Source: Squalus acanthias
Lineage: Eukaryota
Assembly: GCA_030390025.1 (NCBI GenBank)
Contig: CM059432.1
Coordinates: forward strand, 121,894,001 to 121,958,000
Direction of reading: 5' to 3'
Length of the DNA: 64,000 bases
A program made the position numbers and the translations under genes. A model generated the notes under the pieces. That model had not been told where the DNA came from and ran no database searches. It was given only the letters and a program-made list of their open reading frames with translations. Numbering within the stretch: position 1 is the first letter of the stretch; the number at the start of each line of letters is the position of its first letter. Positions 9,080-20,072 of this stretch are shown piece after piece.

Positions 9080-12000
9080 TTAAAAAGGAGTTCTCAGGTG
9101 ACTGATGAGTCCAATGCGGGACCAACAGTCTCTGTCACAGGTGGGGCAGACGGTGGTTGAAGGGGCGGGTGCTTGGGTTGACGTGTGCTCCTTGTGCTGC
9201 TTGCGCTTGGCTTCCGCTTGCTCCCGGCGAAGAGACTCGAGGTGTTCGGCGCCTTCCCGGATGCTTCTCCTCCACTTTGTGTGGTCTTGGGCCAGGGATT
9301 CCCAGGTGTCAGTGGGTATGTTGCACTTTTTCAAGGAGGCTTTGAGGGTGTCCTTGAAGTGTTTCCTCTGCCCACCTGGGGCTCTCTTGCTGTGCCGGAG
9401 CTCCGAGTAGAGCGCTTGTTTTGGGAGACTCGTATCGGGCATGCGGACGATGTGACCCATCCATCAGAGCTGATTGAGCGTAGTCAAAGCTTCGATGCTG
9501 GGGATGTTGGCCTGAGCGAGAACACTGACGTTGGTGCGGCTATCCTGCCAATGGATTTGCAGGATCTTGGGGAGGCAGCGTTGGTGGTACCTCTCCAGTG
9601 CTTTGAGGTGCCTGCTGTACATGGTCCATGTCTCTGAGGCATACAGCAGGGCGGGTATCACTGCTGCTCTGTAGACCATGAGCTTAGTGCCGGGTTTGAG
9701 GTCCTGGTCTTCAAACACTCTCTTCCTCAGGCGACCGAAGGCTGCACTGGCACACTGAAGGCGGTGTTGGACTTCGTCATCGACGTCTGCCCTTGTTGAC
9801 AGTAGGCTTCCGAGGTATGGAAAGTGGTCCACGTTGTCCAAGGCCTTGTCATGGATTTTGATAATCGGCGGGCAGTAATGTGTGGCGGGGGCAGGTTGGT
9901 AGAGGACTTTTGTCTTACGGATGTTTAGTGTAAGGCCCATACTCTCGTACGCTTCGGTGAAGGTGTTGACGATGGTTTGGAGTTCGACCTCCGAGTGAGT
10001 GCAGACGCAAGCGTCATCTGCATAATGTAATTCGACGACAGAGGATGGGGCGACCTTGGATCTGGACTGGAGGCGACGGAGGTTGAACAGTTTCCCGTTT
10101 GTTCTGTAAATTAGCTCCACTCCAGCGGGGACTTACTGAGGGTGAGATGGAGTATTGCAGCAAGAAATATTGAGAAGAGTGTTGGTGCGATGACACAGCC
10201 TTGCTTGACTCTGGTCCGTACGTGAATTGGGTCTGTGGTAGATTCGTTGGTCAGGGTCACGGCTTGCATGTCGTCATGAAGCAGGCGGAGGATGGTGACA
10301 GACTTTTGAGGGCAGCCGAATTTGAGGAGGGCACTCCATAATCCCACACGGTTGACAGTGTCGAAGGCCTTTGTGAGATCAAAGAAGGCCATGTACAGCG
10401 GCTGGCGCTGTTCCCTGCATTTCTCTTGTAATTGACACGCGGTGAAGATCATGTCCATTGTGCCCTTTAGTGGGCGGAATCCGCATTGCAACTCTGGGAG
10501 GAGCTCTTCAGCCTCTCGGAGAAGGCGATTGAGGAGGATTCTTGCGATGACTTTCCCTGTGGCAGACAGCAGGGAAACTCCTCTGTAATTACCGCAATCA
10601 AACTTGTCACTTTTCTTACAGATGGTCACAATTACGGCATCTCTGAGATCCCCTGGCATGCTCTCCTCCTTCCAGATAAGAGAAATGAGTTCATGAATTT
10701 GCGCCAGTAGTGCTTCTCCGCCATGCTTTAGTGCCTCGGCAGGGATTCCATCTGCTCCTGAGGCCTTGTTGTTCTTCAGTTGTCAGATGGCCTTTTCAAC
10801 CTCATGCTGGGCTGGGGTTGTGCTGAGATGGTGGTGGGTAGCATGCTGCGGGATGAAGTTGAGGACACTCGCATCGAAGACAGAGTCTCGGTTAAGGAGA
10901 TCTTCGAAGTGCTCCTTCCAGCGGGCAATGACTGCCTCTCTGTCCTTGATGAGTACCTCTCTGTTCTTCACCCGCAGTGGAGTAGGACCTTGGGTGCTTG
11001 GGCCGTAGATGGTCTTGACTGCGCTAAAGAATCCACGCATGCCATGGTTGTCGGCTAGCTGCTGGATCTCCTGCGCTTTCTCCACCCATCGTCTGTTCTT
11101 TAGGTCGTGAGTTTTTGTTGGTCCTCGGCCTTCAGGCGTCTGTAGAGCTGCTTTCTTGCTCTTGAGTTGTGTTGCTGTTTCCAGATCAGGAATGCCTTGC
11201 GCTTGCGGCTTATTAGCTCCTGGATCTCCTGGTCGTTCTGGTCGAACCAGTCTTGGTGTTTCCTGGTCGAGTGACCGAGTGTCTCTTCACAGGTGCTGAT
11301 TATGGGGGCCTTGAGTGCAGACCAGGTGCTGTGGACACTCTGTGTCTCTGCATCACTGAGAGTCGTCAGGTTGTTTGTGAGGCGCAGGATGAATAGGGCC
11401 TTCTTAGCGGGGTCTTTGAGTGCTCCAGCGTTGATTTTCCTGCGGCATTGTTTCTGTTGCCACCGCTGTTTTGGGGCTACATTGATGGAGATGACAGAGC
11501 GGATTAAGCAGTGGCCTGTCCAGCAGTCATCAGCTCCTGTCATGGCGCGGGTGATGTGGACGTCCTTGCGGTCCCTCGCTCGGACGATGATGTAGTCCAG
11601 CAGATGCCAGTGCTTGGAGTGAGGGTGCTGCCATGAAGCCTTGTACTTGTCTCTCTGACGGAACAAGGTGTTGGTTATGACAAGGCCATGTTCTAAGTAT
11701 TTTGACAGGAGGAGGGTACTGTTGGAGTTGGCTTTCCCTACCCCCTCTCTGCCGATCACACCTCCCCAGAGGTCTGTGTCCTTTCCAACTCTGGCGTTAA
11801 AGTCGCCAAGGAGGATCAGCTTGTCCTCCGCTGGGACTCGGGACAGGGATTGTTCGAGGCTGGAGTAGAATTCCTCTTTGGTCTCATCTGTGGCTTCCAG
11901 TGTTGGGGCGTACGCACTGATGACCGTAGCGCACTGCTTCCGGGCTAGGGTGAGCCGAAGAGTCATGAGGCGCTCGTTTATACTGCTAGGAGAGTCTCTG

Positions 12001-12263
12001 AGACGCCTAACTAGTTCATTTTTTATGGCGAAGCCTACCCCATGGAGGCGGCGTTCTTCTTTAGGTTTGCCTTTCCAGAAGAAGGTGTAGCCACTGCCTT
12101 GCTCCTTGAGCTGGCCTTCCCCTGCCCGCCAGGTCTCACTTAGGGCAGCGATGTCAATATCGAAACATCTGAGCTCCCGAGCAACGATAGCAGTACGGCG
12201 TTCCGGTCTGTCACTGTTGGGGTTGTCCATGAGGGTCCTGACGTTCCAGGTCCCGAACTTCAT
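9080..12263 (-). pseudogene. RTE ORF (endonuclease/reverse transcriptase), broken by several frameshifts and stops
   Basis: MKFGTWNVRTL..IAALSET, VISAYAPT, LILLGDFNARVG, NYRGVSLLS..GKVIARILLNRL, FFDLTKAFDTV, VKQGCVIAPTLF, YADD, spread over five consecutive ORF pieces. Confidence 0.92.
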
Positions 12264-12576
12264 TTTAAAAGGTGGAAGATGCCTGTGCGTGAATTATTTT
12301 AATGTGGGGTGGCCGTTGCACACTAGCTGCCACACGGGCTTGACAGAGCAAGGTCTTGGTCCAATGGCAAGGGGATCCAAGACGATTGGAGACCAGGCTC
12401 TGCTACAACGGTCTAGCACACACACACAAACATACTGCTACTGTCCTCCTCCCTCCTGCCCACAGGTCCTCTCTGCCTGGGTTTCGTAGGATGCATTGTG
12501 GTCCTCCCGACCTCGCTGTTGGCCTGTGCCGGACCTTCCCTGGGCCCCGACCCCACTGCTGGTCCACGCTGCGCCA

Positions 12577-12658
12577 CTCCTGGGCCTTGACCTCGCTGCT
12601 GGGCTCGTCCTCGCTCCTGGGCCTTGACCTTGCTGCTGGGCTCGTCCTCGCTCCTGGG
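12577..12658. repeat. 37-bp tandem repeat (2.2 copies) in the RTE 5' extension
   Basis: CTCCTGGGCCTTGACCTCGCTGCTGGGCTCGTCCTCG at 12577 and 12614, partial at 12651. Confidence 0.9.
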
Positions 12659-13752
12659 TCCCGGCCTCGGACATGAATGATGTTGTCTCTCACAGGATCA
12701 AATTAGCACTGATATTCTCGCGATCCCTGGCCCTGAGCTCCACTCGCAATCCACTAGTCATTAGATCACTAGTCCAGTGGAGAAGCATAGTTTTGAGGGC
12801 AGAGAGGTCTGGGAATTTGGAAGCTAAGTTTAAGTGAAGAGCCAGTGCTCACTGAGAACAAAGAACAGGCAAAAGAACTAGAGTCGACATGTGGAAACAT
12901 TTTTTTACACAGCGAGTTGTTGTGATCTGGAATGCACTGCCTGAAAGGGTGGTGGAAACAGATTCAATAGTAACATTCAAAAGTGAATTGGATAAATACT
13001 CGATGGGAAAAAATTTACAGGGCTATGGGGAAAGAGCAGGGAAGTGGATAGCTCTACTAAAGAGCCAACATGGGCACGATGGGCCGAATGGTCTCCTTCT
13101 GTGCTGAATCATTATGGTTCTATAATTTTATGATGCTATGATTCGATGATATCGGCGTCGCTAGCAAGGTCAGCATTTACTGCCCAACCCTAGCTGCCCA
13201 TGAGAAGATGGTGATGAGCCTTCTTCTTCAACCACTGCAGTCCATGTGGCGAAGGTAGTCCCACGGTTGCCTGCTTCCTCCAGTACTGCGATTTCCCCTT
13301 TCAGCAGCAACGGGTTTTATATCCTGTCGCTGCACCAGGTATCCATCTCTCACTGCTCTATCTTCCACCCTCCTCCGCCTTTGCCTACCAATCAGGGTGC
13401 TTTACCGGCCTAACTCCCACCTCTTGAGGACTTTACCAATAGCATATTCCTCCCCCGCCCCTCAACACCATCACCATGTATCTGAGATATAGCAGGCTGA
13501 ATTTGCACAGCCTGCAGCCTTTGTGTTTCCTAATGGCTTGACTCCACGATTTAAGATGGGAGTCAAGATCAGGTCATCTTTATGGATAGAAGACTCCGCA
13601 CCCCACTTCTGATGGCACTGTTGCACCATCAGAATTTTGGGCCCATGGAGTTTCTGTGGGGAAAATAAATTATTATTTTTATGGAGGAGTAATAAAGTTA
13701 TTAATTTATCTAATTTAGTACGTTAAATTGGTTTTGACCTGTAAGATTCCTT

Positions 13753-15427
13753 GGGGGAAAAATTCGTTCTCGTCCGGAAGGCAGTCGGCGTCGTCAGCTG
13801 CCGTTAACGGCCGCCCGAAATGGCCGCCTATGTTAAACAAAGTCAATTGGTGTGGGGGGCATGGTGGTAGCTGGTGCAGCGCTAACCTTAGGTGCAATGC
13901 CATCCTGGTGCACGAGGGATCCAGGACCAAGTTGTAGTCCTGGTGCAGCGTTGCTGCTTCCCCGAGCGTCTGTGTGCAAGGCTGTGAAGCTCACAATGCA
14001 TTGTGGGAAGTGAGGCTCTCTGAAATTGAAAGGGCCATGCACATTGAAGCAAGGGAAAATAAAATGCACTGATTCAATACATTTTTCAGCCTTTTCTGTC
14101 TATTAGCAAATAATCAATATTTAGAAGAAGTTTCAAATGTCAATATTCAGTACTTAAAGCTGAATTACCTTCCTAAACTCAACAAATGGGAAAACTGCCA
14201 CAAATGGCTCAGCAAGCCAGGAAGGGGCACCCAGGGTCTCGCACGCAGCACTGCAGCTTTGTGAAGGGGGTCAACACTGCAAGACTGGCCCTCTACCCAC
14301 AGGGATCAGGAGGCCCTCCAGAAAGAACGATGTGAGACCACATCACTGAGGCCGTCACTGCCAGCAGTGTCACCCCCACCACCAGGCTCCAGTGCCCAAA
14401 GAAGCTTCATCACCTCAGACCACTGGTCAAGGTCAGTGAATGCATCATCAAAAGTCGCCTCCTACCAACTGAAGCACTGGCCTCACACACTGCTCAATGC
14501 AGGACCCCCAATCACTCACCTACCAACAATCTGCATCAATGATGAGGCACATCTCCCATTCCTAGCATCACCTCACCCACTTGGAGGTGACAGTGCAGGC
14601 CATTCTTGGCAGGGGCATGGCTGAGCCCTTGGTCAGCGGCGGGGCTGAAAGGATACAAGATGCTGGTATCCTCATACGTTATCCTCCTTCTGGCATGCAC
14701 CTCATGCTTTCCCACCCTCCCATCAGCACAACTCCACCCTTGTGCCTTCCTCATTTCACACGCCCAAGAAATGCATCCTGCCCAGCCAGTGGGACTGCAG
14801 GCAGATGATTCCATCCCGGATATGCCGACCACAGAGGGGCTGTCTGGGATGCATCCTTCCATCTGATTGCTCCTCTTCAGCTTCCTCCTCTTCTGCGTCT
14901 TCCACTTCTGCATCTCCTCTTCCCTCTGCAAGCAGACGCTGTAAATGTGAAATGACAGCATAAAATGCTGCAAATACTCAGTTGGTTAGGCAGCATGTCG
15001 ACCTGAGATGTGAACTCCACGGATGTTGCGTGATCTGCTGAGTAGTCGTTCAAAGGCGTTCACTTATCATCCGAGCCATTGCAAGCATGCAACAACATTC
15101 CCAAAACATTAAAAAAACTTTTCATATCTATTGCAGCAAGCCACCACTTCAATAAAATTTAAAAAAACCCCAGTCCAACCTTCCATTCAAACATACCTGA
15201 TTGATGTGTGTGTCCCTGAGTGCTAGGGTCGAAGTGCGCATAGGTGACATTAAGTTGGCGTTGCATGCCGACTTGACGTCACCACGCTGCCATTTTTTTT
15301 CCAGGGGGGCGACCAATATGGCGGGCATCGCCAGGACCGCCTCCAGCTGGCGCTAGAGTGGCGGCCACCATTTTTTAACGCATTGCTGGCACTACCAGGT
15401 GGCGGTAAGGACATCAATTTCTCGCCC
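13753..15427 (+). mobile_element. Decayed Harbinger derivative with Myb/SANT exon-1 remnant
   Basis: TIRs GGGGGAAAAATTC / CAATTTCTCGCCC with TSD CTT (13750-13752, 15428-15430); remnant MAQQAR..APR.S.AAL..QC.KK..L..LVK|GTCAGT around 14200-14440; CRE at 15274. Confidence 0.75.
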
Positions 15428-16349
15428 CTTATCTCTTTGTATGCATACTTAAATGTATGTGTGAAAAGTGATTATTTTGGTTCAAAGAAACAGGAGATAC
15501 AAAGCAAACAGTAGAACCATTGCAATTAAATCAACATTGGAGTTAAACTTTGTCGGCCTTGAAATTATGTTGCGGGAAATTGGCATGCAAACAGTTCATA
15601 TGTGTGTATGAAATTCTTCTATTAGCTATTTTGATGGGAGCATCAGCACAATTAATTTCAAGGTCTTAAAACTGAATCATCTGATGTGTAAGGATCGAGC
15701 ATCTTTCACCATCAGCCTCTCATTGTGACTCAATTATAGGGATGCTATTGTCCCTGTTCATACATGGTAATTAATGATAACAGTAAGTCAAGCCATCCAA
15801 TCTAAAGTTGAGTATGTTGTATTACTTTAAAAAAGTTGTATTTTGTTGTTTTTTTAAAGGCATTTATTTTCTCTCCTTTGAGCCTCATTTGGTCTCCTCA
15901 GTATTGATTGGAAACTGGCCATGAACACAATCTTAACACTACGGCACTGTTCCATTGTACCTGCATGACCTTCTAGTTAAAACTACCTGAATACCTAGCA
16001 TTGCTTCCCCTCTAAATACTGAAGCCAAACTAGCCAGCACAGGCATGATGGGGCGAATGGGCTCCTTCTGTGCTATATCATTCTATGATTCTAGCCACAC
16101 AATGCAATATTTACATAACATTGAGCATTAGATGTCGGAGATTGGACTGTCCACAAAAATATTATTGAATATTAATGATAAAAAAAACTTGTCATATAAC
16201 TAATGCTTTGCATGCCAAAGCTTGTGAAGGTTGTAAAACTAAAGGTATCCACATCACTTTACAGGCTTATTTCATAAACCATGAGCAGATCCGCCATGAT
16301 GTTCTTCATAGTGAGCTAAAGGTTACACTGTTGCAAAAGGGGAGGAGGC

Positions 16350-18155
16350 TGTTGGGGTGTGAAAGCGGGAGAAAGGTACACATCTCCACATAAAGAATTT
16401 GGAAATAAATGTGTAAGACATCTCTTGAAGACAGTGATGGTTTTTGTAGAATTCGCAATATATCGCGATTTTATTAATAAGGAGAAAAACACAGAGTTTC
16501 GTTCAAACAGCTTTTATTTCAGCAGAATGCTGTCAGGTTTTCAAAGTGGACACAAGCAGCTTGTAAGATGGCCGCCGCACCTCATGGCAGAACATTCTAG
16601 ACTTTTCAACAGGCAGACAAGATGGCGTTCCAATAAACATTTGTGCAAGATCGATTAAGACTCAGCACATTGAAGATAATACACGAGACATCATGGGTTT
16701 ACAGTATACACATAAATACTGAAATCGGTCTCCCAGGTACGAATAAAAGCTATTGTACCAAGTAATCAAGAGCCCATCCAAAGACATTAATATGTAAAAT
16801 CCCAACGACTCTACGATGAGAGAGCCGTTAGCAGGTAGTTACAGAAAACACTTGGAAGCCCCAAAACCCCTCCAGGGAGAACACCGACCGATTAAACAAT
16901 GGGAGAAATATTAACAGGTACTCAGACATTTACGAGTAGCCCCGAAACCCATCAAAAACGGAGATCACCCTATACAAGACATTTGAGCGCCAAACCCTAA
17001 CAAAAGAAAAGACATTAAGGTTGGGCGGGAAACGGAAGATTTTGTACTATAATTACAAGCTCCAAACCGTCCATCTCTCTCTTGACTCTTATCTTGCTGG
17101 TGTTCATCCTCGTGGCTGCTCCTGTGCTCTTGACTCGCCGTCTTGTTCCTGCTTGCCTCGTGTCTCTTTTAAAGACTGTTGAACTTTGTGATCCGCTCGG
17201 ATCTACCTCGTGTCGTGTCGCGAAGACCTGTGTAGAACTGGGCTCTGAAGCCTTGAAGCGGGCGCACCATTCCGATAAGTCGGTAAACGGTGTCGGAACC
17301 GAAGGCCCGAGATGAGATGAGATGAGATGAGATGAGATGAGAAGAGAAGAAGACCATACTTATCGCCACGGTCAGTAAGCCCCGACCGCGCCTGTAGGTC
17401 GAATAGACATTTTCCTTGCCAGGAAGACTTCTTTGAGTTCTACAGAACTGACACAGGAAGACTCTTCTTTGAATTTTATCGCACCCGTGCGAGGGCACAG
17501 GAAGACTCTTTTTTGAGCATTGTCCGAACTCTGAAAACCAACACAGATCTTCATGACAGCAGACGTTCCAGCCTGCTAGCCGGAGCAGAACGAGTAAACA
17601 AGTGGGGCCAGGAGACCCCCTGATCGACACGTGGGTGCTGCGGTGAAAAACATCCGATCAGAGTTTTCGGAATTCTCCGAGTTATCACGAGTGGTGAGCA
17701 TGAGTCTCGAATCCTACGAATCTAGCTTAGGACAGATATTGATAGGGGAGGGTTTCAAGTATTAAGGATAATTGTAATGTGTGCCCCCATTTACGGTGTG
17801 TCGTTCGTTCCTCGTTTCCCCGAAGTTAGTTACATAACTGCGTGTAAGATTGTACTGTCATTAATCTGTGTTTATGACATGTATTTCGTAATCTTAAGTA
17901 TTATGCAATAAAGATTTTCCATTTCGTACCATTCAACCGAGTCTACCTGAGTTTCATCTCCATTACTGCTCTCGCATCTAAGTCCAGTGTCTAGAACCGT
18001 AAGGGCGAGTGGGTCGAACCACTCACAGGTGTGTATAGTGCTCCCAGACTGGCTGGAGACCAGAACAGGCAACAAGGCCTAAACCCGCACTAGCATATAG
18101 GCTGCACAGAGCCACACGAATCTCACAGGCTGAGAGACGGTCGGAAACCCTTACA
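16350..18155 (+). mobile_element. Long (~1.8 kb) LTR, probably the 3' LTR of a truncated LTR retroelement or ERV
   Basis: Polypurine tract AAAAGGGGAGGAGG just before TGTTGGGGTGT; ends AAACCCTTACA (imperfect inverted termini TGT...ACA); TATAAT at 17048, AATAAA at 17907; internal short repeats; CpG retained. Alternative start TGTAAG at 16412. Confidence 0.6.
17309..17341 (+). repeat. (GAGAT)n microsatellite inside the LTR
   Basis: Read directly. Confidence 0.9.
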
Positions 18156-18484
18156 TTTTTTTGATTGGTTCCTGGAAAATATATAAATAGTATTTTCCTT
18201 AACCACTATAGGCAGATAAATAAATAAGTTTCTTCCCTTAAATACACATTAACATAAGTAAATACAATTTTGCATGTAATATGAGAGAGCAGTGCTTTAC
18301 TGTCCATTCATTTAAGGCAAAGGTTTTTATAGTGCAGGACAAAAATATATATTAAACTTTAAAAATGTCAACTAATTCACATTCTTCCTTATTTACAAAT
18401 ATCTCTGCAACAGCACTTACTGTTAACAAATTAAATGTAAACATTTAAATTCAGGATTTTTAATCAGAACCAGCTTCCAAACAC

Positions 18485-18933
18485 CATGCAGGACAAAGCA
18501 GCCCGCTTGATCGGCACCCCACCTGCCACCTTGAACAATCACTCCCTCCACCACCAGCGTACCGTGGCTGCAGTGTGTACCATCTACAAGAAGCACTGCA
18601 GCAACTCGCCAAGGGTTCTTTGATAGCACCTCCCAAACTACTATATCCTAGAAGGATAAGGGCAGTAGGCGCATGGGAACACCATCACCTCCAAGTTCCC
18701 CTCCAAGTCACACACCATCATGACTTGGCGATGTATCACCATTCCTTCATCGTCGCTGGGTCAAAATCCTGGAACTCCCTCCCTAACAGCACTGTGGGAG
18801 TACCTTCACCACAATGACTGCAGCGGTTCGAGAAGGCGGCTCATCACAACCTTCTCAAGTGCAATTAGGGATGGGCAATAAATGCTGGCCTTGCCAGTGA
18901 CACCCACGGCCCATGATGAATAACAAAAAAAAA
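18485..18933 (+). mobile_element. 3' fragment of a second CR1-group LINE family
   Basis: QDKAARLIG..LHH.RTVAAVC..YK remnant and 3' tail GGGCAATAAATGCTGGCCTTGCCAG..GAATAA+polyA; same family as 23965-24579. Confidence 0.8.
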
Positions 18934-20072
18934 TATTGATACATTCTTACACTAAAATCTCTTTGCTAGCTTAACTTACATGCCCATACTTCAGCAACTA
19001 TTATTGTAGTAACATCGGTAAAGGTGAGCCCACAAAACAAGCTTCCAACAAAAGCTAGCTACATGATGCATGCACGCTGGGAAGTCACATGAGCACTTGG
19101 GGTGTCAATGTGCGTGCTCTTCAAACTTTCAACATTTTGAAAAGACTTCTCTGTTGGTAAGACAAAGCTACACACAACAGCAGGGAACAAACCAGCACAG
19201 GAGGAGAGCATCAGAACAGTAAGTACATTTGAGGAGGCCACACTAGAAATCCTGTGACTCAAGACAATAGATGCAGTGGGAAGGGTGAAGCCAAAGTCTC
19301 CTCAAACTCAAGGCTAGCTAGTACTAAACTTTTCCTGTTCTCCTTTCTCCCCATTCTCACTCACTCATTCACCTTCGTATAGGCATACAGAGACCCACAT
19401 ACATGGCACCCACTATATTTCCTTATAAACAATATTGGAAGAGGTGTCATGCAGGCACCATTCTAACATATGTTAGAATAACTTCTGTTTCAATAGACAG
19501 CCTCCAATGTGTCACGTGCCCCAATGCAACACAAGAAGCCAGCACCCTGCGTTACGCACTCTATCTCTCATGGCATCGGCAAAGATACATGCACCCCAGG
19601 TTGAAGAGGGAATATTGGGTGAATCAAAGGACTCGAGTGATTAGCAACATGCACTGGTGGCAGTGGTGGAGTAGGAACATGCTAACGGTGTGGAGAACTT
19701 GTGTCCTCCTCCGCTGCAGAAACCTGGGATTCCAACCTCACAGGACCTGCATATAAAAGACTGCTGCCTGAGCACTAGGATTATTGCATTCATTTCAATC
19801 TGTGCAGTGCACTCCGGAAGGTCGAGTGGCATTCATGGAGTTGTCCACGTTCTGTCCATTTCTGTGTAATGCTGCAAGCCTGCTGATCTAACCTGTGGTC
19901 CACTGTGAAACGTTGGATAGCTTGAGGGATTTTATCAAGGCAGCTTTGTGTGATGGAGCTCCACCACACAGTGGCTGTGTCTCTCATGAATGCTTACACT
20001 GCTGGTATGGAAGCCTCGGGCTTTGGAGGCAAATGTTATGATTTAGCGCTACTGGCACAGAACTTTCTTAAT

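Larger units (their letters stand above)
9030..12867 (-). mobile_element. RTE-clade LINE, near full length, with ~450-bp 5' extension; 12-bp TSD
   Basis: TSD GGCAAAAGAACT at 9018-9029 and 12868-12879; APE endonuclease, RT and C-terminal C2H2-like motif (CPTC..GLISHLRT); short RTE-type 3' UTR. Confidence 0.92.
8120..13145 (+). mobile_element. CR1 LINE 3' fragment (8120-9029 and 12868-13145), split by the RTE insertion
   Basis: [58 protein letters not shown] and CR1 3' UTR; the halves rejoin at GGCAAAAGAACT. Confidence 0.9.

Noticed and set aside
16412..18155. Solo LTR with perfect TGTAAG...CTTACA ends
   Set aside because: No TSD at these ends; the upstream PPT favours a start at 16350 as a 3' LTR.
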